Source: a virus
Taxonomy: Duplodnaviria; Caudoviricetes
Strand: one strand, 5' to 3'
Length of the DNA stretch: 57,398 nucleotides
Virus record (IMG/VR): IMGVR_UViG_3300029258_001547
Span: 1 to 57,398 of that record
A program made the translations under genes and the position numbers. Positions 35,788 to 46,038 of this stretch are shown here, piece by piece. Under the pieces are notes generated by a model. That model made no database searches. It was given only the letters and a program-made list of their open reading frames with translations, and had not been told where the DNA came from. How positions within the stretch are numbered: position 1 is the first letter of the stretch; the number at the start of each line of letters is the position of its first letter.

Positions 35788-36102
35788 TTGAACGCTCAGT
35801 CTAAAGGCAGCAACGGGGACGCTGGAAAGCCCGCCGCCGAGGACTTGAAGGCGGCAGTCCCTATCTTCGGAGTGAAGGCGCTCTACGTCTTCTCCCCCGT
35901 GGACGATATTACCGCCCATGAGCTCGCCTCCTGCACGGCGATTCTGTGCATCGGATCGTCCCAGATTGTCACGCGGCAACATGCACCCGCCGCCGACATT
36001 CTCTACACCCACCTAAGCGACGGCGCCAAGCGACATTTTCGCGTCCGGGAATACAGCAACGTCATTCTGCCCGGCGGACCCGGCGGAGGGATGCGGGGAT
36101 GA
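35788..36102 (+). CDS. Hypothetical protein
   Basis: Fills the gap between TerL and portal, ATGA overlap with portal. Confidence 0.6.
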   Translation: MNAQSKGSNGDAGKPAAEDLKAAVPIFGVKALYVFSPVDDITAHELASCTAILCIGSSQIVTRQHAPAADILYTHLSDGAKRHFRVREYSNVILPGGPGGGMRG

Positions 36103-37892
36103 TCGACCTTCACGACAAGAAGGTGTTGGCGAGGCTTCACAAGGCGAAGAAGACCTCGCTGAACGCCCTGGTTCCGTTCCGGCAGGCCCGCAAGGAGCTT
36201 ATCCGCGATCACGTCGGTTCGTGGTACAGCGAGAACAGCGGGGCGAGGATGGAAACCCTCGTCAATCTCATCAACCAGACCGCCCGTATCTATACGGTTG
36301 CACTTGCGGCGAACAATCCGCGCGTGATGGTCACGACGCCTCTGACGGAGAATTGGCCGTTCGCCAAGAGGTTCGAGGTCAATCTGAACAAGCTGATCTC
36401 GGACATGAATCTCGACCGGACGTTCCGGCTCTGCGTGCTGGACGCCTTTTTCTGCGTCGGGTGCGCCGTGGTGATGATGCGGGACACCGACACGCGGTTC
36501 CACGGTCTGACGGAGGCCGAGGAAGACGTGTGGCTCGACCCTGGGGAGCCGTGGCTGAACCGGGTGTCTCTAGACAGCCTGATTCTCGATATGTCGGCGG
36601 GCGAGATCAGTAAGATGCGTTTTTGCGGGCACCGCTACCGGGCCGACTTCGAGAAGGTCAAGGAGGAGCCTGGGTACGACAAGAAGGTGCAGAAGGAGCT
36701 TACCCCGACGAGCAAGCACTCGGTAGACGACGCCGACTTCGCCCGGGAGATTGCCTCGGGCGGCATGGTGGACGACGACGAGCTAAAGCCGATGCTCTGG
36801 ATGGAAGACATCTGGATTCCCGAGAACAACTCCGTCGCCACCTTCGCGGTCGATTTCGAGCACCTGCCTCCGCTGATCGAGCGGGAGTGGACCGGCTCGC
36901 AAAGCGGGCCGTACAAGTTCCTCAGTCTCGGCTTGGTCCCGGACAACATCATTCCGGTTTCGCCGGCGATGAATCTCAAGCCGCTGCACGACTTGCAGAA
37001 TCGTCTGCACCGCCGGATGCGGGACGACAGCAACGCGCACCGGAAGGTGAATATCTACCCGCCGGGCGGCGAGGACGACGCCGACACGCTGCGAAAAGCG
37101 AAACGAAACGACTGGATTAAGATGAAAGACCCCAAGGCCGTCACTCAGGCGGTCCTTGGCGGCGTCGATCCGGCCGACCAGGGCTTTTCCCTGTTCGTGC
37201 AGGAGGAGTACGACCGTTTCGCCGGCAACCTCCGCGCGATGGGCGGCCTGGGCGCTCAGGCCGGGACGCTCGGGCAGGAGGAGATCGTCCAGGGGAACGT
37301 CTCCCGCATGGAGGCCGATATGCACTTGGCGGTGATGGGTTTCGCCGGCGAGTGCTGCTACGACCTCGGCAAGCTGATGTGGAACGACGAGTCGCTGAGA
37401 ATCCTTTCCTCGGCGGAGGCTGGAAATACGGGGTTCTACTACGATACTTCTTGGGAGCCGGGGAACCGCGCCGGCGACTTCGAGGACTACGACTTTCGGG
37501 TCGAGCCCTACTCGATGGTCTACAAGACGCCGAAGCAGAAGCTGGAGGAGCTTTTCCAGGTCTTGCAGCAGATTGCCCCTCTCTGGCCGATGTTTCAGGC
37601 GAGTGGGGCGAACCTGGACGCCGAAGCGATTCTCGACGAGGTGGCGAGGCTCACCGACCGGCCCGAGCTTCGCAAGTTCATCACGTTCAACTCGCCGGCC
37701 TCCATGCTGGGCGGCGACGAGAACACCGTGCGGCAGTCTCCGGTGACGACCAGAAACACCGTGCGGCGGAACGTCCCGACCGGCGGGACGCCCGAGGCCC
37801 GCAACGCGATCATGCAGCAAGTCCTCGGCGGGGCGAGCCGTCCGCAAGTCAACGGCCAGCAGGCGGCGGCAATAGGGAGGTCGCCGGCATGA
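36099..37892 (+). CDS. Portal protein
   Basis: ~597 aa, follows TerL, Gln-rich C-terminal tail typical of podovirus portals. Confidence 0.75.
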   Translation: MIDLHDKKVLARLHKAKKTSLNALVPFRQARKELIRDHVGSWYSENSGARMETLVNLINQTARIYTVALAANNPRVMVTTPLTENWPFAKRFEVNLNKLISDMNLDRTFRLCVLDAFFCVGCAVVMMRDTDTRFHGLTEAEEDVWLDPGEPWLNRVSLDSLILDMSAGEISKMRFCGHRYRADFEKVKEEPGYDKKVQKELTPTSKHSVDDADFAREIASGGMVDDDELKPMLWMEDIWIPENNSVATFAVDFEHLPPLIEREWTGSQSGPYKFLSLGLVPDNIIPVSPAMNLKPLHDLQNRLHRRMRDDSNAHRKVNIYPPGGEDDADTLRKAKRNDWIKMKDPKAVTQAVLGGVDPADQGFSLFVQEEYDRFAGNLRAMGGLGAQAGTLGQEEIVQGNVSRMEADMHLAVMGFAGECCYDLGKLMWNDESLRILSSAEAGNTGFYYDTSWEPGNRAGDFEDYDFRVEPYSMVYKTPKQKLEELFQVLQQIAPLWPMFQASGANLDAEAILDEVARLTDRPELRKFITFNSPASMLGGDENTVRQSPVTTRNTVRRNVPTGGTPEARNAIMQQVLGGASRPQVNGQQAAAIGRSPA

Positions 37893-38215
37893 AAATCGGG
37901 AAAACGCGGCATGTGATCGACGGGCAGGTGGTAAGCGAGGCGGAGTTCAACCGCCGGAGTCGTCACCGCAACCGGCGCGGCGTGCCGAGAATCGCGAAGA
38001 CGTATTCTACGGCCGCCCCGCTGGTCAGCGAGGGGATGGGCTGCCTCCCGAATCAAGTGCCCGAGATGCGGGAGTTCGTTAAGGAGCGGGGATTGACGGG
38101 CGTGGAAGTTTTACCCAGTGGAGCCGTCGCCCTGACCAGCCGAGGAGATTCCGGCAGAAGGGGTCTCCTCAGAGCCCGAGGCTTAGTGGACAACGACGGC
38201 GGATACGGAGATTAG
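37889..38215 (+). CDS. Small head-module hypothetical protein
   Basis: GGAGGT SD, ATGA overlap. Confidence 0.7.
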   Translation: MKIGKTRHVIDGQVVSEAEFNRRSRHRNRRGVPRIAKTYSTAAPLVSEGMGCLPNQVPEMREFVKERGLTGVEVLPSGAVALTSRGDSGRRGLLRARGLVDNDGGYGD

Positions 38216-38216
38216 T

Positions 38217-39257
38217 ATGCCCACCATCGAAGAACAGCTTCCCGAAAACGCTACCACGGAGCAAATCGAGGAGTTCGTGGACAGCATCGTCGCGGAGGAG
38301 GAGACGGAGCGGAAGGCCGCCGACGACGAGAACGAGGGGGAGCCCGGAAAGAAGACCGACTCGCAGCGGATCGCTGACGACGAGGTTGCACCCGACGACA
38401 CAACCGCCGGCGACGAGAAATCCGCCGACGATGCCGCTGCCGACGGCAGCGAGGACGGCGCTGGAGAGTCGGAGTCGCCCAAGTGGCTGACGGACGACTT
38501 GAAGGCCGAAGTGGAAGCCTGGGGGTTCAGCGAGGACCAAATCGCCGAGTTCTCCAGCAAGGAGGAGTTGGACCGAGCGCTGTCTCTCGTCTACCGGGCG
38601 ATCCCGAAGGCGAAGGAGGGCGAGGAGTCCGACGAGGAAAAGCCTTCCGGGCCGCTTGCGGATCGCAAGCGACGCCCCGATGGAACGCTGTTGCCGAAAG
38701 ACGCGGAGGGTAAGAAGGAGGCGACCGAGGAGGGCGGGTTCAAGCTCGACCTGGACGCCGACTACTACGGCCAGGAGATCGTAGGGGCGTTCAACGCGCT
38801 CGACGGTCACTATCGGTCCAAGCTCTCTGCGCTGGAGGAGCGTCTCGCCGAGGTGGAGTCTGCGGAGGAGCGGCGCGTCGTGGAAGCCGAGACGCGGGAG
38901 TTCGACGAGGCGGTGGACTCGCTTGGGTTCGCCGACTTATTTGGCAAGACCGGCAAGGAGACGGAGAAGCAGTTCGCGAACCGCAAGCTGCTTTTCAGCG
39001 CCTCCAAGGCGGTTTTCGCGCACTTGGCGGCCAACGGCAAGAATCCCCGGATGGGCGACAAGTCGTTAGTCATGCGGGCCGCGAGGATGGAGTTCGCGGA
39101 CCAAGTGGCTAAGAAAGAAAGACAAGCCCTGACCAAGAAGATGACGAAGCAGCACAACAGCCGCATGGGAGGCGGGGCCGAAAAGCCCCGCGACCAACAG
39201 GAGTCCACCTTGGACGAGATGAAGCGGTACTACAAAGAGCTTGAGGCTGACAGTTAG
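38217..39257 (+). CDS. Capsid scaffolding protein
   Basis: Very acidic N-terminus, helical C-terminus, immediately before the capsid gene. Confidence 0.7.
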   Translation: MPTIEEQLPENATTEQIEEFVDSIVAEEETERKAADDENEGEPGKKTDSQRIADDEVAPDDTTAGDEKSADDAAADGSEDGAGESESPKWLTDDLKAEVEAWGFSEDQIAEFSSKEELDRALSLVYRAIPKAKEGEESDEEKPSGPLADRKRRPDGTLLPKDAEGKKEATEEGGFKLDLDADYYGQEIVGAFNALDGHYRSKLSALEERLAEVESAEERRVVEAETREFDEAVDSLGFADLFGKTGKETEKQFANRKLLFSASKAVFAHLAANGKNPRMGDKSLVMRAARMEFADQVAKKERQALTKKMTKQHNSRMGGGAEKPRDQQESTLDEMKRYYKELEADS

Positions 39258-39290
39258 CTTCGCGGTCGGACAACATAGGAGCCGTTCTCA

Positions 39291-40373
39291 ATGGCACTTG
39301 GCATTGAACAGCTTGACGACTTCGTAAATGCGTATTTGCAGAAGTACGTCATGGGCAGGTGGCAGGACATCTCGCTGCCTCTGCAAGAGTATTACTTTGC
39401 GTCCCGTCTTTTCGACCGGATGAACAAAGCCGAGATGTCCACTAGCCAATGCAAGTGGAAGGTCGAAGTGGACTACGCCGACAACTTCGACGTTGTTGGT
39501 CTGTACCACAAGGACAGTTCGGATCGCGTCAACGTCCTCGACGAGTGCTCGATGAAGTGGGCGATGACGACGACGAACTATCACTACGACATTGACGAGG
39601 AGGTCTTCGGCCAGGGCGCCGAGCAAATCGTCAACTACATCAAGCTGCGCGAAGACGGGATGATGAAGTCGTTCTTCGCGGGGATGGAAGACCTGATGTT
39701 CGGAACCGGCCCGACCGGCCCGACGCAGAGCCCGTTCCCGCCGACTTCCCTCATGTGGTGGCTCCAAATGAGCGCGACCGAGGGCTTCAACGGCGGCGAG
39801 CCGTCGGGGTTCGAGTCCGCCGGAGCCGGGGGCATCCTGACGAGCGACTATCCCCAGTGGAAGAATCGCACGTTCGCCTACGCGCAGGTCACTCGCGAGG
39901 ACATGATCGAGAAGACGATCAACTCGATGGACCTCTGTCAATTCAAGCCGCCGATCTCGCGGCCCGACATTGCCGACCAGCAGCGACCCAACTGGGAGCT
40001 TCTGACGACGCACAGCCGGGTCGCCATCTGCCGTCGCCTGCTCCAGTTGGGCAACGACAATATCGGCGACGACCTCGCCGCGCACAGCGGCAATTGCTAC
40101 ATCCGAGGCGTGCCGCTGACGTGGGTTCCGGCCTGGACGAACGCCTCCAGCCAGAACGCCCGCACCGACGGCCCCATCATGGGCGTCAACTGGAAGACGT
40201 TCAAGTGGTACTACGCCGCCGGCCGCAACATGCGGAAGCGCAAGCCGTTCCAGCATCCCGAGATGTCGAACGTGCGGGTCCGCTGCATGGACGACGCCGG
40301 GCAGATCGTCTGCTTCAACCGTCGCGGCAATTTCCACGGTTACAGCAGCGCGACCGTGACGGAGACCGCGTAA
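39291..40373 (+). CDS. Major capsid protein
   Basis: 360 aa, follows the scaffold, AGGAG SD, strongly biased codons. Confidence 0.75.
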   Translation: MALGIEQLDDFVNAYLQKYVMGRWQDISLPLQEYYFASRLFDRMNKAEMSTSQCKWKVEVDYADNFDVVGLYHKDSSDRVNVLDECSMKWAMTTTNYHYDIDEEVFGQGAEQIVNYIKLREDGMMKSFFAGMEDLMFGTGPTGPTQSPFPPTSLMWWLQMSATEGFNGGEPSGFESAGAGGILTSDYPQWKNRTFAYAQVTREDMIEKTINSMDLCQFKPPISRPDIADQQRPNWELLTTHSRVAICRRLLQLGNDNIGDDLAAHSGNCYIRGVPLTWVPAWTNASSQNARTDGPIMGVNWKTFKWYYAAGRNMRKRKPFQHPEMSNVRVRCMDDAGQIVCFNRRGNFHGYSSATVTETA

Positions 40374-40445
40374 ACGGGAGTCACTCTCAGCGTGAGTCAG
40401 TGATTCGTTACTACCGACAATTACTCATTAGTGGAGTGATTCACG

Positions 40446-41309
40446 ATGAAAACCACGTTTCAAGAACTGGAAGCCTATGGCCTTTCCGGTCGCTTGTGGC
40501 GGCAGTTCCCGGCCGTGCCCCCTGTTGGGCGCGGGGGTTTCAGCCGGTCGCAAGGCGGGAACCCGGCCATTGGCTTCGCGGACGACTTCCTGGAGTTCCA
40601 GGCATCGACCCTCGAAGGGCCGTACCTGATTCTCGAAGGGACCGGCTGCACCTGCGAGCAGATTGCTTCGACCGGCAACACCGCGACGACCGCGATGGGT
40701 ATGGTCAAGCTGGCGCTCGACGGCAACGCCGCGAACGACGAGGTGGTGCTCCAGTGGGGCCGGGGGCTCGACGCCCCCTTCAAGCTCGCCGATCGCGACC
40801 TCTGTTTCGAGTGCCGCCTCGCGGTGAGCGCGATCACGGCGGCCAAGTGGTCGATCGGCGTTGGTCTGGGCGAGGTCGGCATGGGGGCCACGGACTGCCT
40901 GTTCGTGGACACCACCGGCGCGCTGGCCGACAAGAACTTCTGCGGCTTCGTCCACTTGAAGGCCGAAGGAGCGGCGGTTGACGGCGCGTACAAGGCCGAC
41001 GGGCAGACCTACCAGGACGGTGCGGTCAACACCGACCTGAATGCGCTGCACACGCTGGTCGCCGACACCTTCGTCAAGCTCGGTATCCGTTACCAAGCCC
41101 ACCCGAAGAAGTTGGAGTGGTACGTCAACGGCCGGATGGTCAGTGAGCGAACGTCCACGGAGTCGTCGATCGGTCAGACCGCCCTGGACGCTGCGACGTT
41201 CCCCGACGACGTGTTCGTTACCCCGATCATCGGGGCGAAGGACATTGCGGGAGACACGGCGTTGAGCGTCTACCTCGACTGGTGGGCTTGCGCCCAACTG
41301 CTCGCTTGA
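40446..41309 (+). CDS. Beta-rich capsid decoration/minor capsid protein
   Basis: Follows the capsid gene and precedes a strong hairpin. Beta-sandwich-like (WYVNG). Confidence 0.55.
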   Translation: MKTTFQELEAYGLSGRLWRQFPAVPPVGRGGFSRSQGGNPAIGFADDFLEFQASTLEGPYLILEGTGCTCEQIASTGNTATTAMGMVKLALDGNAANDEVVLQWGRGLDAPFKLADRDLCFECRLAVSAITAAKWSIGVGLGEVGMGATDCLFVDTTGALADKNFCGFVHLKAEGAAVDGAYKADGQTYQDGAVNTDLNALHTLVADTFVKLGIRYQAHPKKLEWYVNGRMVSERTSTESSIGQTALDAATFPDDVFVTPIIGAKDIAGDTALSVYLDWWACAQLLA

Positions 41310-41324
41310 TACTGTGTGGGTGCG

Positions 41325-41364
41325 GTCGCCCGGGGCTCTGCCTAAAGCAGAGTCCCCGGGCGGC
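41325..41364 (+). terminator. Strong hairpin after the capsid genes
   Basis: CGCCCGGGG-CTCTGC / GCAGAG-T-CCCCGGGCG; weak U-tract. Confidence 0.6.
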
Positions 41365-41399
41365 TTAACAACTTCACTCTCACAAGGTCGGAGGGCGGC

Positions 41400-41891
41400 A
41401 TGGACGTACAGTGGCTCATCGCTGCGGCCACGCAGCTACCGTTCTTGGCGATCTTCGTCTGGTTCACGCTGCAACAGCGACAAACCGAAGTTGCCGAGCG
41501 CGAGAAGCGGGACGTGGAGTGGCGTGCCTTTCTCGACCAGGAACGCACGGACAGCCGTGATTTCCTCAAGGACGAGCGAGAGAACCGGCAAGAGCACATG
41601 AAACAGGGGCTTGCCGCCGTCAACTCACTGGCGGGTGCGACGAAGGAAGTCACGGACCAGTTGGTCAAGCTGCGAGAAACGGAGAAAGCCGGGCAGTCTA
41701 TTGCCGTGCAGATGAAAAACAACCTTGATTCGCTGATCGAGTGCCACGGCGATTCAAGGGCTCCGTTCTCCACGGTGCGACTCCAGGCGGCTGCGCGCCT
41801 ATTTGTACAGCTACAACACGAAATCCTCCCGTCGCCGATTTCCGACGAAGCGAAGCGGCTACTGCGGGAGATGGAAACGGCTTTATCCTAG
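41400..41891 (+). CDS. Membrane-anchored coiled-coil protein
   Basis: N-terminal TM (LPFLAIFVWF) followed by a charged coil. Confidence 0.65.
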   Translation: MDVQWLIAAATQLPFLAIFVWFTLQQRQTEVAEREKRDVEWRAFLDQERTDSRDFLKDERENRQEHMKQGLAAVNSLAGATKEVTDQLVKLRETEKAGQSIAVQMKNNLDSLIECHGDSRAPFSTVRLQAAARLFVQLQHEILPSPISDEAKRLLREMETALS

Positions 41892-41909
41892 AAATCAAGG
41901 AGCCCCCTA

Positions 41910-42215
41910 ATGGCAACCTATGCCGAACTGCAAAACTTGTTCAGCGACGATGCGCTGAAAAACAAAGTCGAAGTCGCCTGCATCGTGGCGGCCGAATCAA
42001 TCCGCACGGAAGACGCGGGGACGGAGAACCACGCCAACCGGCTCGCGTGGGCGAAGGCGGCGTTTCAGAATCCGCGAGGGACCAGGAATCAAATGTTGAT
42101 GGCTCTACTGGCCGGCAACAAAGACCTGGAGCCCGCCGCAATCTCGGGCGCGACCGACGCACAGGTGCAGGCCAAGGTAGACGCGGCTGTCAACGTGTTC
42201 GCGGACGGCTCGTAA
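41910..42215 (+). CDS. Hypothetical virion-module protein
   Basis: AAGGAG SD. Confidence 0.75.
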   Translation: MATYAELQNLFSDDALKNKVEVACIVAAESIRTEDAGTENHANRLAWAKAAFQNPRGTRNQMLMALLAGNKDLEPAAISGATDAQVQAKVDAAVNVFADGS

Positions 42216-42259
42216 TCCGCCGCTTCCACGGGCGATTCACACCGTAAGGAGATTAGCCG

Positions 42260-42799
42260 ATGGCGAATGAAATCCTAACCAAAATGGGCACTCCCATTTG
42301 CTGGGCGGATACCACCGATTACAGCAGTACGGGAAGCGGCATCACCCGCACGCACCAACTCGATCTAACCAGCGTGGCCGACACGGAAGCCCGCGAAGGG
42401 GCCAAGGCCGACCTCGGTGCAACCTGGGCGGCGCGTCATGCCGTCGCGGTCGGCATCGAGTTCGACGTGGCCCCGACTGCCGGCGAGGTCGTCGAAATCT
42501 ACTGGGCCTCGTCCTATTCCGCGACGGCCGGAACCGGCAACACGGGCGGGGCGAGCGGTTCGGACGGCGACTACAAGAACGGCGAGGAAGCCGAGTGGGT
42601 CAAGCAGCTAATCTTGATCGGCTGCTTGGTCTGCACGAACGACGCCGCCACGACCGTACAGCGGCAGACGTTCATCTTCTCGCCGCCTACTCGCTACGGG
42701 ATGCCGGTCGTGCTGAACAACGGCGGGCAAGCCTTCGAGGGCGATGCCGTCGAGATGTACGTCGCGTTGATTCCCCTGATCGACGAGGTGCAAGACTAA
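42260..42799 (+). CDS. Beta-rich virion protein
   Basis: AAGGAG SD, Thr/Gly-rich. Confidence 0.7.
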   Translation: MANEILTKMGTPICWADTTDYSSTGSGITRTHQLDLTSVADTEAREGAKADLGATWAARHAVAVGIEFDVAPTAGEVVEIYWASSYSATAGTGNTGGASGSDGDYKNGEEAEWVKQLILIGCLVCTNDAATTVQRQTFIFSPPTRYGMPVVLNNGGQAFEGDAVEMYVALIPLIDEVQD

Positions 42800-43128
42800 T
42801 GGCCATTTACGAACGAATTACCGAAGGCGGCAACGAGGGCAGCGAGTACGAATCGCTCGCCGTGCATTACTTGTCTGCGGCCCTGGGGCAGTATTGCGAG
42901 GGCAAATGGACGCTGGAACACATGGCGTCTGCCCTTCGGCTCACCGCCGACGACCAGCGGGAAGTCGCCGCCATCAAAAAGCGGTATGACCGATTGGAGC
43001 GGGTCGAGCAGATCGCGTATCTCTGGGAATTGGAACGGGTGTTCTGCCTCACGGAAGCGGGCTTGTGGGGCAAGTCAAAAGTGGATGACGACCTCCATCT
43101 AAGGGCGGCGGTAGAGCCGATTCGCTAA
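42799..43128 (+). CDS. Hypothetical protein
   Basis: TAATG coupling. Confidence 0.65.
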   Translation: MAIYERITEGGNEGSEYESLAVHYLSAALGQYCEGKWTLEHMASALRLTADDQREVAAIKKRYDRLERVEQIAYLWELERVFCLTEAGLWGKSKVDDDLHLRAAVEPIR

Positions 43129-46038
43129 ATGGGCGTGTTGATTCGCACAACCCGAGTCGTGGCGGATACCGGCGGCGGTACGCAGAATATCGTCGCACCG
43201 GGATTCTCGTCGCAGCCCAAGGCGGTGTTTTTCATTATCTCTCGCTGTACGTCGGATGGCACGGCGCAAGATTACATTCGGATAGGCGTAGGTGCGACGG
43301 ACGGCACGAATGAGTGGTCGTTTGCAACCTATTCCGAGCACGGAGAGGTCAGTTCTAAGTGTGGACGTGCATCCAGTTCTTCACGTTGCATAACCTATTA
43401 CGGCAGTGCATCCATCGCCGGTCAAGCGGAGTTCAGTTCTTGGTACAACAGCGGTGCCGATTACGGCGTAACGATCAACTGGACGACGACGCCGCCAGCC
43501 GGCTACCTGATAACCTGCGTGTTCTTCGGCGGCGCGGACCTGTCTGCCGACGCCCATACGGGCACGCTGGGAAATCAAGATGTAGAGCTAAATGTTACAG
43601 ATCCTGGCTTCGAGCCTGATGTAAACCTTCTAGCACTAAATGGCCTTTCGTCGTTCACCACCGGCACGGCGGGAGCCGTATTCTCTCTAGGATTCGCTCA
43701 TAATGACGGCAGCGATACTCAGCGGGCTTTGGCGTGGGCATCTCAGGGCGGATCGGGCACCTCGGTAACAAATGCTATTTTGGAATCCGACCGCATCGCT
43801 GCACAGATTTACGCCGATGCCCAGCAATACAGCGTTGAGTGTACGAACTTCGATGCGAACGGCTACTCGCTGTATCCCCGTGGCGGCAATTCCGGCGACG
43901 TGTTCGGTTGCCTGTCCCTCAATTTTGGCGGCGTGAAAAGCGTAAAGGTCGCCACCTACGACACGCCGACCAGCACGGGCGCTGATGCCGAAACCGGATG
44001 GGGACTCACGCCCGAGTTCTGCCTCGATTTGCAGTCGATGGTGGACGCCGTTGACACGCTCAAGACGGACGGGCAGGGCGGTGTATTTGCCGTGTCCGCA
44101 ATGGATGCGAGCAATCAGTATTGCACGGCGATTGCTGAAGAGGACGCACAAGGCACGACCGACAACCAGAGCATCGCAGACGATCAGGCGTCGAACGTCC
44201 CGCAGCACGACGGTTCAGCGGGATTCGCCGCAACGCTGACTTCGTTTGACAGCGACGGACGGACGCTGAATTTCTCGGCTACGATGGGTTCGGCTCGCAA
44301 GTGGGCGGTGCTGGCGATTGGGGGAACCACCTGGAAAGCGGCCCTTGCCTCGCGTGAAGTAACTATCCCGAGTTACGGGCAGGGATTCGCACGTTCGCAA
44401 TCGGACGCGGCGAATCCAGGGTTGTGGGATGGACTGCAACAACTTTGGTTGCCCTTTCTTGGACAAGATTCATGTTGGGATACCGGAGTAGCATCGGTTG
44501 GTCGCTTAACGGACATTTCCGGTCATGGTCGGGACGCAGAATTGCGATGGCTGGAACCTGCTCAAGATTGGGGCGTGTCGCAGTATGGAGGTAATCTTTC
44601 TTTTACAGGTTACCAAACAAGAGACTACTTGAAAGGCGGCGTGGTCAACCCAACAACTGCTCTGACTATGTGGTGCGTTTTTAGACCGAGAAGCACTTCG
44701 TCAACAAATCCAGGGTTGATTTCTAAATACGTCGGATACGGCGAAAATACTCGTTCGTTCTGTTGTTTCTTGCGTGATACCAACAAACCAGAAGTCGCCT
44801 TGTCTGCTGACGGGACGTACCAAAGTGCGAATAACGTGCAGGGTAGTGTCGTCAATATGGGTCAGTGGTTGAATTTGGTAGTAACCTACCAATCTGGTGA
44901 CGCCACTCGGATGTATTATAACGGCGTCTTAGAGGCAAGCAACGGAACGTGCCCGGCATCGCTGTATAACAGTACGAAGGAAACAACGTTTGGGTTACAG
45001 TATTATGAGGAAGGCGACCCCGACTGGGATGATTATCTGTATGACGGCGATTTGGCTGCGCTTGGCATCTGGGACCGAGCCCTCACTCCCAGCGAAATCC
45101 AGCAACTCTACGCCGACCCCCACGCCCTAGTGCAGCCTCGGCGCGTCACCGTCCCCGTCAAACTCCCCGCAGCGGCTACGACTTGGAAAGCCGCCCTCGC
45201 CTCGCGTGAAGTTACGGTTCCGAGTTATGGGCAGGGGTTTGCAAGGAACGCTTCCGAGGCTAAGAATCCGGGGCTGTGGGATGGGCTGAAAGCAGCCTGG
45301 CAAACGTCGCTGGGTGCAACCGGCAGTGTGCTCATAGATAGTTTCGGCACGCACGACGGAGCTATCACCTATGGCACGCCAACGGCTAACTGGATCACAA
45401 GTGAGTTCGGCCCGGCGTTGCGATGCAACGGTGGTCCTGCGGGATACGTTAACTTTAGTGATGTGCTTGACATGGGCACGGATAGCCAAACCGTGTCAAT
45501 GTGGGTTCGGACAACCGATACGTCCGGCACTCTGATAGCGAAAAGTCGGTATGCAGCAGCAGATAACCGATGGTACATTCTGATTGATGGTAGCGCATTA
45601 CATGCGACTCTAACTTCTTCCGCAGGCAACTTTACGGCAAACGCTGGCGATGTTGGGCGTGACGGTAAGTGGCATCACGTTTGTGCCAGATGGAATCGCA
45701 CTGGCAACCTAGATTTGTGGGTTGATGGTGTGCTGAAAGCATCTGATGATATTTCGGCTGCTGCCGGCATTGACGTGAGCACCGGCTACGACCTAATGCT
45801 CGGTCGTTACAATGACGTGGATGGGACTGGACCTCATTCAACCTTCGGATTACTGGACGGAAACATTGCCAACGTAGCGATTTGGCGACGTGCGATTACT
45901 TCCAACGAAATCCAGACCCTTTACGCCGACCCCCACGCCCTAGTCCAGCCTCGGCGGGTGACGGTGCCGGTGGTCGTGCCGGCGGCGGCAGGTCGCACGG
46001 GCAACATCATCCAAACCATTCCCCAGTGGGTAGCATAA
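43129..46038 (+). CDS. Multi-domain adhesin: three ~130-aa repeats plus two LamG/ConA-like domains
   Basis: WLNLVVTY...MYYNG...IWDRALTPSEIQQLY and WHHVCARW...LWVDG...IWRRAITSNEIQTLY. Confidence 0.85.
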   Translation: MGVLIRTTRVVADTGGGTQNIVAPGFSSQPKAVFFIISRCTSDGTAQDYIRIGVGATDGTNEWSFATYSEHGEVSSKCGRASSSSRCITYYGSASIAGQAEFSSWYNSGADYGVTINWTTTPPAGYLITCVFFGGADLSADAHTGTLGNQDVELNVTDPGFEPDVNLLALNGLSSFTTGTAGAVFSLGFAHNDGSDTQRALAWASQGGSGTSVTNAILESDRIAAQIYADAQQYSVECTNFDANGYSLYPRGGNSGDVFGCLSLNFGGVKSVKVATYDTPTSTGADAETGWGLTPEFCLDLQSMVDAVDTLKTDGQGGVFAVSAMDASNQYCTAIAEEDAQGTTDNQSIADDQASNVPQHDGSAGFAATLTSFDSDGRTLNFSATMGSARKWAVLAIGGTTWKAALASREVTIPSYGQGFARSQSDAANPGLWDGLQQLWLPFLGQDSCWDTGVASVGRLTDISGHGRDAELRWLEPAQDWGVSQYGGNLSFTGYQTRDYLKGGVVNPTTALTMWCVFRPRSTSSTNPGLISKYVGYGENTRSFCCFLRDTNKPEVALSADGTYQSANNVQGSVVNMGQWLNLVVTYQSGDATRMYYNGVLEASNGTCPASLYNSTKETTFGLQYYEEGDPDWDDYLYDGDLAALGIWDRALTPSEIQQLYADPHALVQPRRVTVPVKLPAAATTWKAALASREVTVPSYGQGFARNASEAKNPGLWDGLKAAWQTSLGATGSVLIDSFGTHDGAITYGTPTANWITSEFGPALRCNGGPAGYVNFSDVLDMGTDSQTVSMWVRTTDTSGTLIAKSRYAAADNRWYILIDGSALHATLTSSAGNFTANAGDVGRDGKWHHVCARWNRTGNLDLWVDGVLKASDDISAAAGIDVSTGYDLMLGRYNDVDGTGPHSTFGLLDGNIANVAIWRRAITSNEIQTLYADPHALVQPRRVTVPVVVPAAAGRTGNIIQTIPQWVA

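Noticed and set aside
44326-45975. Diversity-generating retroelement TR/VR pair
   Set aside because: No reverse transcriptase was found, and differences between copies are mostly synonymous rather than adenine-specific.
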